Source of the DNA: the human T2T-CHM13v2.0 reference genome, Homo sapiens
Assembly (NCBI RefSeq): GCF_009914755.1
Contig: NC_060935.1
Direction: 5' to 3' (one strand)
DNA: 64,000 nucleotides
Part shown: positions 44,301-58,749 of the stretch, piece by piece
Layout: the number at the start of each line of letters is the position of its first letter
Position numbering within the stretch: the stretch's first letter is position 1
The notes under the pieces: generated by a model
What the model saw: the letters and a program-made list of their open reading frames with translations, nothing else
What the model was told of the DNA's origin: nothing
Databases searched by the model: none
Program-made: the position numbers and the translations under genes

Positions 44301-44540
44301 AGCCATTTTTAAAATACATAGTTTTCATCTTGTTTCTTCATCAAAGAATAAGAAGCTTAACAATAAAAACACATGCAATCCTAGTGTAGACATGAAAGAG
44401 CTAATAAAGAAAAAATGCATTAAGATATTCAAGGAAAGGGCTGGAAAATATTAATTGAGAGTAAACTGGACTTTGGACAAATGTGAAAAAGGAAGCAAAA
44501 TGAGGATTTTGTTTTTAGCTCAAATCTGTGGTTGGGTCTA

Positions 44541-45090
44541 TGTTCTAGTTATTCTTGTTGTTCCACAAACCACCCCAAACTTAGTGGTGTAAAACAATAA
44601 CATTTCATTATAACAGCTTTTGTGAGTCAGGAATTTGGGCAGGGCCAATGGAGATGTCTCTGCTCCACCATGTCTTGGTCCTCAGCTGGGAGGACTCCAA
44701 TGCTGGAGTGACCAAAATCCCCAGGAGCAGGAATCCGGAGGACTCATCACTCACACATCCATCACTCACACGTCCATGACTGGCTTAAAGGCTGGGCTCC
44801 GCCAGCACTGTCAACTGAAACACCTACATATGGCTTTTCCAAGTGGTTGGGTTTATTACAGAATGGCGTCTGGGTTTCAAGAGGGAGGATCTTAAAAGTG
44901 AGCTTTCTAAGAGAGTCAGGTAGATGCTGTATGACCTTTTCTGACCTCACCTAAAAAGTTACGAAGCATCACTTCCACCACATTCTCTTGGTTACCTCTT
45001 GATGGGAATGCTTTGAGATTACCTTGTAGAAGATCATGTGTGATGGGAAATTATTGGTGCAGCCAACTTTGGAAAATATAATCTGACATT
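44541..45090 (-). mobile_element. MLT1 (F/G/H-like) MaLR LTR
   Basis: acaaaccaccccaaacttagtggtgtaaaacaa..gtcaggaatttgggcaggg..ggaaaatataatct. Confidence 0.75.
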
Positions 45091-47397
45091 GTCTGGAAAA
45101 GTAAAAGTCATCAGTGTCCAATGAGATTACTAAGCAGAAATAACCCAGAACTGAGGAAATCCTTGTGGAGGACACCTTCCAAGCAGGACAACACTACAAC
45201 CTTATATTCATCTGCATTGTATTTGACCTTGTTCTCTATATACAGCTTATACATAGAGAATTTTCACATTGGCATGGTTTCTTGCCCTCTAATGAGTAGG
45301 AAATGTGTGAGGTTACTGGTATCTTATGTGATAGGCTAAGGCTAGGCATCTCCACAGAAATCTCAAAGTGGACATAATTGAACATTTCTTAAATCCTGTA
45401 GTGCAGGTGCACATAAGAGAGATAGCTTCAGTGTTGTTTAATCAAGAGCATCAAGTTCTAGATCATGGTTATTAGGTCTAGGAGACATGGCTTTCTTAGC
45501 AAAATATTTGGCATTCATTGTTTGAGGGTGCTGTTCTGTCTGTGGATAACGAAGGCAGTGAGTCCACAGCCCTGATTCCTTCAACTTGGAGCACATTTGG
45601 CTGCAGTGCGCTGCCGAGTCAACTGTACTTTAGGTACGTATTATTGACAATCAGAGGTACAATGGAGAGCCTTACACATTCACCTTTCTGCTTACCTTGT
45701 TTTTATCCATTGCAATACTTTGTTGTCAATCCAAATAAAAACAACCTTGAATTGAGTTCAAGGCATCATTCTAGCCTATTCTTGAACTTAGACTAGAACT
45801 TGTGGTCTAGACAACACAGCTCTGGGGAGGAAGTCTAGAAAGAATTGGGAAACAAGGTCTATGGTCCCAAAGCTGTAAACAGTAAGAGCTGAGTACATTC
45901 ATCTCCCCTTTCACCCTTGGGTGGTAGCAAGCAAAAGTAATAATCAGCAAAAACCATGTAGTGCCTGGACAAAGTACACTTGACTTTTCAAAAATAATAT
46001 TCCATCAGAGAGCCATGACCATTCCCATCAGGATGTCCTGGTTATGGTAGTTACTGCTCATGCCAGCCATTTGACAATTACCATACATTGTCATCTATCA
46101 CTATTTTTCAGCTCATATTTATTTGACCGATGATCAATGGCCTTAAACCCAAAGGAAGACTGTTGTAGGTACGATTATCTCTCTGCAATATTTTGTACCT
46201 TGAATGTACGATTTAGTAACCTAACTTCCCAATGGTGCTATTCGTTTGTTTTCTAGATTTTATTCATAATTACAATTCCAAGCTTTGATCATTCTTTTCC
46301 TTCCATAATGAATGCATTCCATTTCCACTCTCCCAATCTGAATGCTTTGACTGATTTTTCAAGACTAGTTCCAATTCCGTTTTCCCTAAAGCCTTTCCCA
46401 AACTGTTCTGTGCACATCTACCTCACATTCATTTCCTTCTTCTGCAAACTCCTCCTATCATGCTTGCCATCTGTCTCCCTCACTTTGACGTTTTTATCAC
46501 ATTCTGCCTTCTTTTCTTACTTAACTGTTCCTTGCGTGTTTGTGTTGATCTTTCTGTAGTTAAGTAAGGTTCAGAGTTCCTGGGAAGACAGGGACTATTT
46601 TGTTGTTGTCGTTGTTTTCTTCACAGTCTATGTACAAAATAAATATCTGTTAAACACACAAATAAACTCAGTTGTTAGGAGTAGGGAGGCATCTGCTAAG
46701 TGAATCGTGCTGTTTCTCTTGTCCAGTCCCTTTTCTGACATACAAGAGGCCTTTATGAAATGTGTGGCTGGTACAGGGGCTGCATTCAGAAGAATGGAAT
46801 ACAGCAAACTAATGGGGAGACTAAATCCTTGACCTGAGCCTTCCAGGAATCACACTTTCACACTCTGAATATACACCAACACACCTGTCCTCTTGAAACA
46901 ACTACGAAAATACATCCTGAGCTGTGTTGCAGCTCACTTCTTCTAAGGATTGTATCAGAGGTATCTGTCATTCACGAGATCTTTTCAAGAACCAGGCTAG
47001 CAGATGAGGGCTTGGATGATCTGGTTTACATTCCGTAAGGCAAAGAAGTCCCACGATCAGCCGTCAGAGATACAGAAGCCAAGAATGATAAGCCCAGAAA
47101 CCCAAAGAACCAGCCTCCTAAGTTTATTCCCTGTGTTGTCCCTGCCTCCACCTGGCTCTCTCCCAAGCATGACTTCACTAGCCAATGACTAATACCAGGG
47201 GGACCCAATGCAAAATTCAGGAGAGGGCCTGGAAAATGTAGTGCCAGGTGGAAGTTTTGAGGACAGAAACCATTGTGTTAAGTTGAACTAAAGAGAGGCC
47301 TCAGCTGGTGTGGTCTCCTCAACGGGGTGTCTCTGCTTGGAGTCCTTTCTAGTGCCTTTCCTACTCAAGGGCCTCAGTGAGTATTCCTCATCCAGGG

Positions 47398-47805
47398 AAG
47401 GGGATGGCAAACTTTTTCTATAAAGGGTCAGACAGTAAATATTTTAGGCTTTGCAGGTGTTATTAGCCAGGGTTCTCCAGAGAGGGGGAAACAATAGGAT
47501 ATATGAGAAGGGGCTTATTAGGGAAATTGGCTCACACGATTGATCACAGTGGCAGAGAAGATCACAGAGGCACAGAAGTCCCACAGTCAGCCATTGTCAA
47601 GCTGGAGAACCACAGATGCCAGTAGTGCATCGCAGTCTGAAACCAGAAGCCTCAGAATGAGGAAAGCTGATGGTGCGGCCCCCAGTCCAAAGCCAAAGGC
47701 TCAAGGGCCCCTGGGAGACACTAGTGCAAGTCCCTGAATCAAAAAGCTGAAGATCCTGAAGTCTGAGGTCCAAGGGCAGGAGAAAAAAGGCATCCTGATC
47801 AGGAA

Positions 47806-47839
<34 letters not shown>

Positions 47840-48340
47840 AAGAGACAGAGAGAGAGAGAAGAGAGAGAAAGAAGAGAGAGAAGATTAGAGAAGAGAGGAG
47901 AAAAGAGGAGAAGAGAAGAGAAGAGAAGAGGGAAGGGAAGGGAAGAGGAGAGGGGAAGGGGAAGGGGAGAGAATCCTTGCTTTTCTACTTGTTTGTTTCA
48001 GCTGGGCCCCAGCTGTTTGGGTGATGCCTGCTCATATTGAGGGCAGGTTTTACTCTCAGTCTGCTGATTTACACACCAATTCCCTCTAGAAACACCCGCA
48101 CAGACACACCAAGAAACAATGCTTTCACCAGCCATCTAGACTTCTCTCAATCCAGTCAAGGTGACACCTAAAATTAACCGTCACAGGGGCTATTTTGTCC
48201 TCATTGCAACTGTTTATCTCTGCCATTGTAGCACAAAAACAGCCAAAGATACTGAGCACATCTGTATTTCAATAAAACTTTACTTATAAAAATAGGTAGA
48301 GGACTGCATTTGGCCTGTGGCCCATAGTTTGTTTACCCCA
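47398..48340. mobile_element. MER58A split by an MLT2 LTR
   Basis: Left ggcaaactttttctataaagggtcagacagtaaatattttaggctttgcagg; right ccattgtagcacaaaaacagcc..catagtttg. Confidence 0.8.
47458..48185 (-). mobile_element. MLT2 (ERVL) solo LTR with expanded GA-rich tract (47805-47972)
   Basis: tattagccagggttctccagaga..aatccagtcaaggtgacacctaaaattaaccgtcaca. Confidence 0.85.
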
Positions 48341-48784
48341 GATCTGGGGAAATCTCTATGTGTCTCAGCCTTGTTCCATTTTTGTGGCCACATCTCAACT
48401 CTTACAGCCCAGGTCATTTAGAATTGCATCTCTGCCTCCCTCGCTTCCTGCCCCACCTATGTTCTACGTATCTATTTGCAGTCTCTGTTTTCCCCATGAA
48501 AATTTCATGAGTTGTTCCAACCTATTCAACTCAAGTGAATTTTCTGTAGCCCTACGGCCTTTATAGTTAGTATCCTAGAGTTTAGAATATACTTGTTTCA
48601 AAAGTATTCATTTCCTCTTCCTAACAATAGTGGGAGGTCCTTGAAGGAAGAGAACATGTTTTATATTGATATGTATTTCTTATACCTTCCCTATTACAGC
48701 TTGGCAAATAGTAAATGTTTAATAAACACTTGCTAGTTGATTTATTGATACGTGTCTACAATAGTGTGTATTTGTTCCTTACTC

Positions 48785-49292
48785 TGTGGTGTAGGTTGAA
48801 TAATGGCTCCCAAGATGTCCATATCCTAATCCCTGGAACCTGTGGATGTTGTTTCATATGGTGATGGGGACTTTGCCAATATGATGAAGTTAAGGATCTT
48901 GAGATGGGAGATTACCTTGGGTGATCTGGGTGGGCCTCAGGTAACCACAAGGGTTCTCATAAGAGTGAAGCAGGAGGAGTCAGAGTCAGAGAGATGATAG
49001 ACACAGAAACAGAGAAAGAGATTTGAAGGTGTTCTACTATTGGCTTTGAAGATGGAGGAAGAAGGGCATGCACCAAGGGATGTAGCCTGCCCATGGAAGC
49101 TGGGAAGGGCAAAGAAAGGCAAGTTTTCTCCTGGAACGTCCATAAAACTCCACATTGCTGACACCTTGACATTAGCCCAGTGAATCGTATTTCAGAGTTC
49201 TGGCCCCCAGAATTCTAAGAGAAGATAGTTGTGTTGTGTTAAGCTGTTAAGTTTGTGGTAATTTGTTACAGCAGCAATAGAAACCTAATACC
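48785..49292 (+). mobile_element. MLT1D-like MaLR solo LTR
   Basis: tgaataatggctccc..taaggatcttgagatgggag..ttgttacagcagcaatagaaacctaatac. Confidence 0.85.
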
Positions 49293-50858
49293 CTCCATGA
49301 TAGGAAAACATTAAATGATTAAAAACACCGACAGACATTTTTTGTGCCCATGTCTGGATGCCATATGTTTTTGAGCATTTATCCTCCACTGAAGAGGGAA
49401 ACCTGAAGCTAGTGGTTTAAAAAAGACAATAAAAGGGTTTACTTGTTTATAGGAAGGCACTTCCTGGTAACATTCTGTGTATAAGCTCTTCTTCAAGGTG
49501 CAGAAGAAAGAGCAGTGGTCCTGGCAATGTGGATTAAGATCCAACTTGGCTACTTACTATGTGACCTTGGACAAGTCACTTAGCCTCTTTGGTAGTACAG
49601 TCTGACAGCTGGAAGGGTTGTAGGAAGTCTGTCCAGCCCCACTTAATTGGTCCCAGTGAGGCAAATCTAGCCTCTCTGTTCATCTGGACTTAATAAGACA
49701 TTTACTATAAGCTTGCAATAAAGCTACTCAATAAGAAACCCAAGGGGCAGCTCTGTCATACAGATTGCTGAGGAATTCAGGGGCTGCAGAGCTGGTGAGC
49801 AGCTGTAAGACTCTTTCTGCAAAGGAAAAGTTACAATTACTCCTCAGTGGCCCCTCTGATTAAAAAAAAAATTGCTACCAGATACAGGCCCAACAGCGAG
49901 GTGATTATTTCCAGAAGGATGGGTGAGAGTGCATTTTTTTTTTTTGTGAGCTGTTCTCCTAGATTAATCATAGAGGTCCTAATGGTGCATACCAGGCTGC
50001 TGTTATCATTATTATTGTTAATATAACAATAACAACAATTTGAATTATGTATTATCATATTATTTATTATTATCATATTATTGTTATGTTAACAATAATA
50101 ATGGCGGCAGTTTTATAAGAATAATCATTATTTTTTTAACTTGGAAAAATTCAATATTAACTCTTTAGAGCAGAATAGACCGTAATGGCCAAGTATATCA
50201 CCTTAACTTTGCAGACACTCTACTGGGCTTCCCAAAGCAGTCCTTCCAAACCATTGCCACTCTCTTCTGTCCCTTACTGTCTTTGCCTCCAAAGAGAAGT
50301 TATCAGCAATGACTGCCTCACCCTCCTTCCTCTGTACTTCAAACTCTCTACCTTCATGCATCTTCTACTCTTCTCTCCTTTCTTGGAGAACAGAATGTTC
50401 TACTACCTGTCCAAAGAAAGCCCTTCTCCTGGGCTCCAGCTGTTTTACTCCACCAGTTCTTTCCACTTTCCCTCATATTGTCAAATACTCCTCACCTCTG
50501 CATCTTTCCCTTTAGACTGTTAACATGCTCAAGTCCCCCATATGCTAATAAGTGAAAACAAACAAAAGCACTTTCCTTGAACCCAGGTACCTCCTTGAAT
50601 TATTAACTGCATCATTTATTCCCAGCTATTCTAAGTGCTATTTCCTCTCATCACCACCCAGCCAGCCATGAACATCTTTCTTTCTGGCTCCCATTACAAA
50701 TAATTAATTCAAATTACTCCCTACGTAACTGAACTTTTCTTAATTGACATCTTCAAAGGTTCTTCTTAGTTCCGACTTTCTTTGACCTCTCTGCAGTGTA
50801 TAATTGGCCACCACCTTTTGCAACTATCACTTCCCTTAGTTGGCATTACATTGCTTGA

Positions 50859-51161
<303 letters not shown>

Positions 51162-52179
51162 CACTTATTTTTTTTCACTGAATTTTTAAAGCATTACGTC
51201 TTTAAAGGAACTCATCATATTATTTTTTATATTTTAGTTAATGTTCTTAACTTCCAGAAAAATGGTGTGTATGGTTTTTTTGATGTTGTTATTGTCACAT
51301 GTTTTTAAAATGAAGTTCCAATACCATAAACAGTAGAATTACATGAGTTCCTGGCAAAAGAATGAAGCTTCCTGGGTGCCACTCTAGGCCTCCTAAATCA
51401 CAATCCCTGGAGTTGATGGGTAAGAGACCCAGAAACACTTCTCTTTATGTATCCCCCACAAAGGCTCCCAGGAAACCTTAGTTTCATACCATGCCTGAGC
51501 CAGTTCCACAGGGGCAGGATGTACGAAATAGCTTTGGTGTCCCTCTAGGCCTTCTGGCCTAGTGCAGCTGGAAATTGTCATGAGTGATAAGAGAATTATT
51601 TCTCTTGGCATATACCATGGGTCTAGTTGAATTTTTTCTGCATTTAGAACCTTCCAGATTTGAGACAAAGACTGCTAGGTACATCTGGCTCACTGGGCTG
51701 CCTTCTCTGCAGCAGCCGTCTTTTTCCAAATACCTATCCTGCATTGGTGAAGAGATTTCTGCTTAGTCTTGGTTTGATACATCTTAACACACATTATACA
51801 GAATTCCAGCATGCCTCCTAATAGAGCTTGCCTGAATTATGATAGTAATTTGGGTAAACACCTTATCACCACTCTCTGACTGTGAAGTTCTTAAGGGTAG
51901 ACTAAACTAATTTCCAGGGGTTTGGCATATCCATTGTATTGCCTTATTTCATCCAGACAGATGAGGTCTGAGGTCTTTTGCCTCTCTCTCCCCATTCTAA
52001 AAAGTTCAGCTCCCTTTTCTCCTATCTATAACCTACACATTTTTCAACTCTTACTTTTTCCATAAAGCTCTTCCCAAGAAGTTTTAATGGTTATTGATCA
52101 CTCCTCTTCTAAACTGCCCAGAGAACTTACAGTCTATTCCAAAAATGATCTTCAATTATATTCATTCTACTATATAAGG

Positions 52180-52425
52180 CAGTATGGCATAGTAGTTAAG
52201 CTTATGAGCTCTGGATCCAAGCAAACCAGATTCTGAAATTCAACTTCAACACTAAATAACAGTCTGAACTTAGCTCTGGGATTCAGTTCAACACCTATAA
52301 AATAGAAATCATATAATATATACCTCATGGTGTTTTTACGAGAGTTCAATGAAATAATGCATATAAAGCCCACAGCACAATGCTCAGGATATATTCAATG
52401 CTCAGGATATACTCAATAAATGCTA
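52180..52425 (+). mobile_element. MIR SINE
   Basis: ggcagtatggcatagtagttaag..aatgaaataatgcatataaag..ctcaataaatgctagc. Confidence 0.75.
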
Positions 52426-52440
52426 GCTTTCTAGAGCCAT

Positions 52441-52810
52441 CGTGTAGAAGTCAGATTAGGCTAAGTTATGCTATGGTAACAAGTAAGCTCAGACATTACA
52501 TCTTACAAAAGCACAGGGTTCTTTCTCACTTTCACGACACGTCTTTCCTAGCACAGTTAGGAGTCAACTTCACGTTGCTGTACTGCAGAAACTAGGCTGA
52601 CAAAGGAGCTGTTACTGTAACATTGCCAGTCATCACAGTAAAGGGAAAAGAGGCTATGGTGAAGCAAGTACGGGCTCCTAGAGTTTCTGCCTGGAAGTGA
52701 CACACATCACTTTCCCTTACCTTTCATTGGCCAAAGTCACAAGGCAAAGTCTGACTTCAATGGAGGAAGAAAAGAATAATTCTCCCTCAGGAAGGGGAGG
52801 GAAAGAAATA
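52441..52810 (-). mobile_element. Old MaLR LTR (MLT1K/L-like)
   Basis: taggctaagttatgctatggtaacaa..ttctgcctggaagtgacacacatcacttt. Confidence 0.65.
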
Positions 52811-55800
52811 GTTATATGTCTTTCATTTATGTTCATTTTCCAATGTCAGTTATATGACTGACATATCTTTTGTACTCCTCAGAACCTAGCACATAGTAGG
52901 AAGTGAATACCTATTTTATTGATGGATAGTAGGTGTTCATCATGTCTCTACATTTTGAATTGAGTTGAGTGATTGAAGGAGAAATTCCTCAGTGATATAT
53001 AGCAAGTGTCTAAAAATGTCAACTGATGAATTGACAGCAAAGGATCATAGATCCCTCTTTCCTTAAAACAAATGAAGCCATCTACCTGGCACATAGGCTT
53101 CACTTGAACATCTTCCAAGTCCGTATTTGCCTTAATATTTTCTTTTACAGTAATTTTTTACTTGATTTTCTACAAAATGTATGATGTTTCCACCATCTTT
53201 CCATTTAGATCCACAAATCCAGCACAAATGAAACTCTTTATTTCCTCTGGGTGCTGGCCAGCAATTAGGGCACAATGCCTTCTAGATATTTCAGGGATAA
53301 ACATGTGGACTGGGCATCTGGGCACCCAGTAGATACAGCTTCTTGCTCCTGAAAATATGATTCCTTAAATAAATGTCAAAGGAGGTGTTGATAGTCCAAA
53401 GACACAAGTCTTTAAAGAAAATGAAACCTAATCCCCCAGGAAATTTTGAGTCTCTAATTATTCATTATTATCGATTATGTCTCCCTGGTTTTCTCCCTAA
53501 CCTTGAGTACATTTCTTTCAAATCACTCTCAATCCTGAAACTTAGAGTCAAAATTCCTTCCTGGGGCATATTTATGGCTCCAGTGCTTCTGTGACTCTGT
53601 GACTGCACCAGATATTAATGTCCCTGGAGTCTTTCTTATGCCAACAGCAGATTAAGCCTCTATTCGGAGAATCTTTTGCTTCTCAAGAGTTTTCCTTCAG
53701 TCAGCAGTGCTCAGACATCTCACACAACCTAACTACCAAGTTTTTCCTGTCTCAGCACTAGAAAGAAATTTCCAGCGGGAAAAAGCTATCTCCTTTCAAG
53801 TCCCCTACTCATAATTTACCTTCTCCGTTTTCCATAGGGCAGAATCCCAAATGGGAATGAAAGTGCTCAAGTCACTTAATGCTACTGGTTTGGAGATGGG
53901 GTAGGGGGTGGGCAGGAGGCACATCAAAGAGCTTCCTGAAGTAAAAGGATGCCAACCTATTTACGAACTCACTCTTTCCTTCCTTTCTTCTTAGCGTTCT
54001 TCTTTCATTCTTATCAATATTTTCACTGAATTATGTGTAAGCCAAAATTTGAATTGAATCCCTTTAGCAACTAGCTCTTTTACAAGCTGCTTTTGATACA
54101 GACTGTCTGCTTTTGAAAGCTACATGCCTCTTTCCAATGCAAGCCTGTAGCAAAATATCTCACTATTTAAATGTACTTATAACTTACTTTCCATTACAAG
54201 TCAAGAGAAGTAAAATGAAGAATTTTCCACTTTGTTTTTTTACTATAATAGCTCCAGAGGTTAACATATTGCATGACACATATAAGGTGTCCAGTAAATA
54301 ATAACAGGATGAAAGCCCGACATTCACTCCGCCTATTCCTGCATGGTGGTAAGCAGATACTGAATTCACACAAACTTCCTGAGTTCAGAACCAAGTTCCA
54401 CACCTACTAGTTCTGTGATGTAACATTTTTTTCTGCCTTAGTTTTCTTACTTGTGAAATGGGGGAAAATACTACATGGCTCAATAAAAGTTCAGCTGCAG
54501 AAAGCATAAAACGTTCCAGGTATTTTAAGCGGAAAAGGATTGAACACAGGGAATCAGGTGCTTACAGAACTGTGGGATAATAGGAGGAGCAGGCTCTAGG
54601 CTCAGCCATTACAAACAAATTTTAAAGTACCACCACTGTACTGACCCACTAAGATAACTTTTGCATCTGACAGTGAGAAAGCTGGGGAAACAGGAGGTCA
54701 CTGCCCAAATTTTTGAATTCAGGATCCCATCACCTTAGATGTAATCCAAGAATGAGAAAACCACTTGGAATTGCTGGCTCCAAGAACACCTGAAATGCAG
54801 CAGTGTGAAAGCCATCACCACAGCTGCCAACTCCAGGGTCCAACTGTTAGACCACCTGGATCCGTCCATTAGAAAAATGGGCTCACTTACCACTCTTTGT
54901 CTCCCCACTTAATTCAGTAAGGAGTTCAAGTTTCAACTCCTGATTGGATGAACCAAAATCACATTGACTAAAGCATCCCTGTAAAGCATTCTGGGAAGTC
55001 TAGTTTTCAGCTAGCTGCCGTAGTATTAGAAGTAATTCTAGAAGGGGTACAATGACCATTGATCAAGCCAGGCTGTAGTATGCCCACAGGATGGAGTGAA
55101 ATTGTTTATGAAAAGTGCCTTGGCATAGTGCCTGGCATCTCCATAAATGTTAGTGGTTATTGTTTACCTAAGGAGGTCTATCCCATTAGCTTGGGTGAGG
55201 CATCCATACACATTTTGTAAGCACAACAGGCATAGAGAAACACATTTAACCAAGCAGTCCCATAAAATTCAACTCTGTTATTTTTGGTACTGGACTTTGC
55301 CAAAGCCCATGCAGCCATTTCCATGTCCCACATTCCTGCTTTCTTCAGATGACTGGAGATGAGGGCAAAACCTCCTTCCAGTCTCCTGGATAAACACTGC
55401 AACACTTTTGCAGAGGGCTACCCCACAGGACCTTCAGTTTGGCCAATTGCTTCAGGCTATAATTATCTATGGAATTCCCTCGCATGGCTCTGTCCTTTGT
55501 GCTTTTGGGGGAGTATACATAGGTGTGGGTCTTTCTCTTTAGTGGGGGATGCTCATGTCAATGATCATGTTCTCCTGTCTCCTAAATCATCTGTCCTTTC
55601 CCCTTCTGAGGTCAGTTCCAGTTTCCTTCCCTTCCTTTTTCCCTTCTTTAAGCAAATCCTCTGAGCACATTTCTTTCTTGTCAGAGAAGTCATTCCTCAA
55701 TATTTTGGGTGAACCTTCTACATACCAGTTCCTATATTAGATCCTGTAGATCAACGGTATTGAAGCCCTCAAGGAACTTACCTTTTACATAGAAAGACCC

Positions 55801-56736
55801 ATGTGATGCTCTAAGAACTCAAAATAGAGGGATCTACTTCATATTTGGCTGGGGTCATGAAATATATCTCAGAGTATAAAAATATCAACTGAGGTTTGAG
55901 TGGAAAAGGATGAGTAGGAGTTAGCCAAGTCAAGGGAGTGCAGGGGATTAAAAGGGTATTCCATAGAAAGAAAGATGTATACACAAAGATCCTTTCTTTC
56001 CCCAATAGATTAGTGGTCAAAAGATAGATTTTTGAGACAAGGGAGTCAAGTTTCTGTTGTTCCACTTATTAGTTACATAGCAATCCCATCTGGCCAGTGT
56101 CTGCAGTTGAATGCAGTATTGGTGAGATTGTCAAGCCAGGAGCCCTGACTTGCCGTGGCTAAGTTGTGAGCAGATAAAACAATCCAGACCAATCAGATAC
56201 TGTACCTGGAATTTGAATCTTGGGTGGATTGAAAGAAAGACTAAAAAGGCACAAGTCCATTTATCACAATGGTAATAGGCTCTAAATCATCCATTATTTT
56301 TTGATACTTAGTTTCTGTCCTTTCTGAGGTGGTATTTTTAGGTTATTTTCTCAATTCAGTGAGCTATCCCACACTTCCTGATAACTTTCATTTTTGCCTG
56401 AGTTTGTCTCTGTGGCTTGCAACTTAGAAATCTTATGGAACAGAGGAGGGAGATCATGGGCCTTTCTAGGAATTTCCAGACATACTTCTATGGGCCATGG
56501 TATGGGAATTTGAGACAATCTTAGCTGGATTTGGGGGGAGCAGAATGATGAATAAATTAACATCTGTTAATACATTTATGTCTTAGAAAAAAAGCCTGGT
56601 GGGAGATACACTAACATAGACACTTTGCATGGTGGGATTACAAGTGATTTTTATTTTATTCATTATGTCTTTTGATATATTCCAGAATTTCTATAATAAA
56701 TCGCAATGGGAAAAATACTAATTAGGACATGGTAAG

Positions 56737-57054
56737 AGCCAGACATCATGGCTCATGCCTGTAATCGCAGCTACTCAGGAGGCTGAGGCAGAACATCACT
56801 TGAGGCCATGAGTTCAAGGCCAGCCTGAGGCCTGAGAAACACAGCGAGATCCTCTCTCTTAAAAAAAAGATTTTAAAAATTAGCTGGCCACAGTGATGCA
56901 TGCCTATAGTCTCAGCTACACAGGAGGCTGAGACAGGGAGGGCTAAGGCTTCAGCCCAGGAGTTTGAGGCTGCAGTGAGCTATGATTGCGCCACTGCACT
57001 GTAGCCTGGGGGATACAGTAAGACCCTGCCTCCAAAAAAACAAAACAAAACAAA
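56737..57054 (+). mobile_element. Old AluJ-like dimer with atypical left arm
   Basis: Two monomers with A-rich linker and tail; TSD catggtaa. Confidence 0.85.
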
Positions 57055-58041
57055 CCATGGTAAAATACATAACTACCTCCCAAGACTGCTGTGAGAGCCA
57101 AATTATATAACATGTGTGAAAACCTCTGAGAAATATATGGGGTGATTATCGATACATCCTTCTATGTTCACAGTGGGTGCTATTTTCAAAGTTCATCCTG
57201 GGCAAGCAAGCCCACCTAGAGACAGCCTTGCTGATTAGGCAGAGATGGCTGGGATGCTTTCTCCATTCTCCTACCACGCTCTGCAAGTGATCCTCAGCAC
57301 TGGTGCCTCTTCGGCAGCATAGTTGCTTCCTAGGGGGCTGACACAGAGCTAACAGGTAGAAGCTTCTGTAGCACTGAGGAACTGATGCTACCTCTGGGAG
57401 TTGCACCACAGTATTCCTACTGATTCTTGAAAGAGACACATGGAAGCTTGGAGAAGCCTCCCAGAGCCACTCACAGCCAACAGAGGCTTCCCTGGACTCC
57501 TGCACACCAGCCTCCAGCACCCAGTATGACACAGCTGGGACAATTCTCTGTATCACAGGGCCAGGCTCTTTGGGTCAGCATTGGCCACAAGGTGAGCACT
57601 TGGAGCCCTCACAGTGAGTCGTCAAGGCTTGGCAACACACAGAGAAGGTCCTCTACTCTGGTGAGGTCCTAGGAACAGTTGCCACCTACCCTAAGCCCTG
57701 ATAAGGATCTGGGGAGGCCGTCAGTTTTGACAGGGTGAAGCTCCCTCTGCAATGGAAACCAGTGTGAGACTCTGGTAACTTTCCACCCACCTTTTGAAGT
57801 ATGGACATCCTTGAGTACTCTGGGCAAAATTATCCAAGATGGCTACGGCTAATGTGCAGGACTTATCAGCAACCAATTATTCCTAAGGACTATTCAGAGA
57901 CCTTCCACTGATAAGTAGGTGGCTCAGCTCAAGTTCAAATCCATCTCTTTTATCTAATACTTCCTTAGACCTTGAAGAAAAATTGTCATCTTACTTGATT
58001 TTCGTGCTACTTTGTGCATACTGTATTTAAAGCATTTATCA

Positions 58042-58625
58042 TACTCTGTAAATATTATATATATTTTTATAATATTTTATAATAATTATATATTATACAT
58101 GTTATATATTGTGTTATATATTATACTAATTACATATTATAAATATATACTATACATAAATATTGTATATTATAATTATATATTATACATAAATATATAA
58201 TTATATATAAACATACATTATAATTACACATTATACAAAAATATGCATTATAATTATCTATTATACATAAATATTATATAATAATCATATATTATACATA
58301 AATATATGATAATCATATATTATATATAAATATATATATTTACAGTGTGATAAATGCTTTAAATACAGCATTTTAATTGTGATAAATGTTTTATTGTGAT
58401 AATGCTTTATATATACATTTAGAGACAGGGTCTTGCTATGTTGCTCAGGCTGGTCTTGAACTCCTGGCCTCAATATATAAATATATATATATAAATCTCT
58501 CTCTATATATACTGCCTATATATTTATATACGTTGCCTATATATACACATATACACATATAAATATATACACATACACATATACATACATATATACATAT
58601 ATTTATTAAAAATATATATATATAT
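58042..58625. repeat. AT-rich low-complexity region containing a ~55-bp antisense Alu/FLAM fragment (58418-58473)
   Basis: Seen directly; tagagacagggtcttgctatgttgctcaggctggtcttgaactcctggcctcaa. Confidence 0.9.
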
Positions 58626-58749
58626 CATCTCCTTATCTTTACCCAGAAGGCTATAAACTCCTAGGGACAAGGAATAAACATTGTCCACCTGTCATAGTCT
58701 CTGGCAAGTAATGGCCTTAGTCAGTGCCTAAGAAGTAAATTATTTCTTC

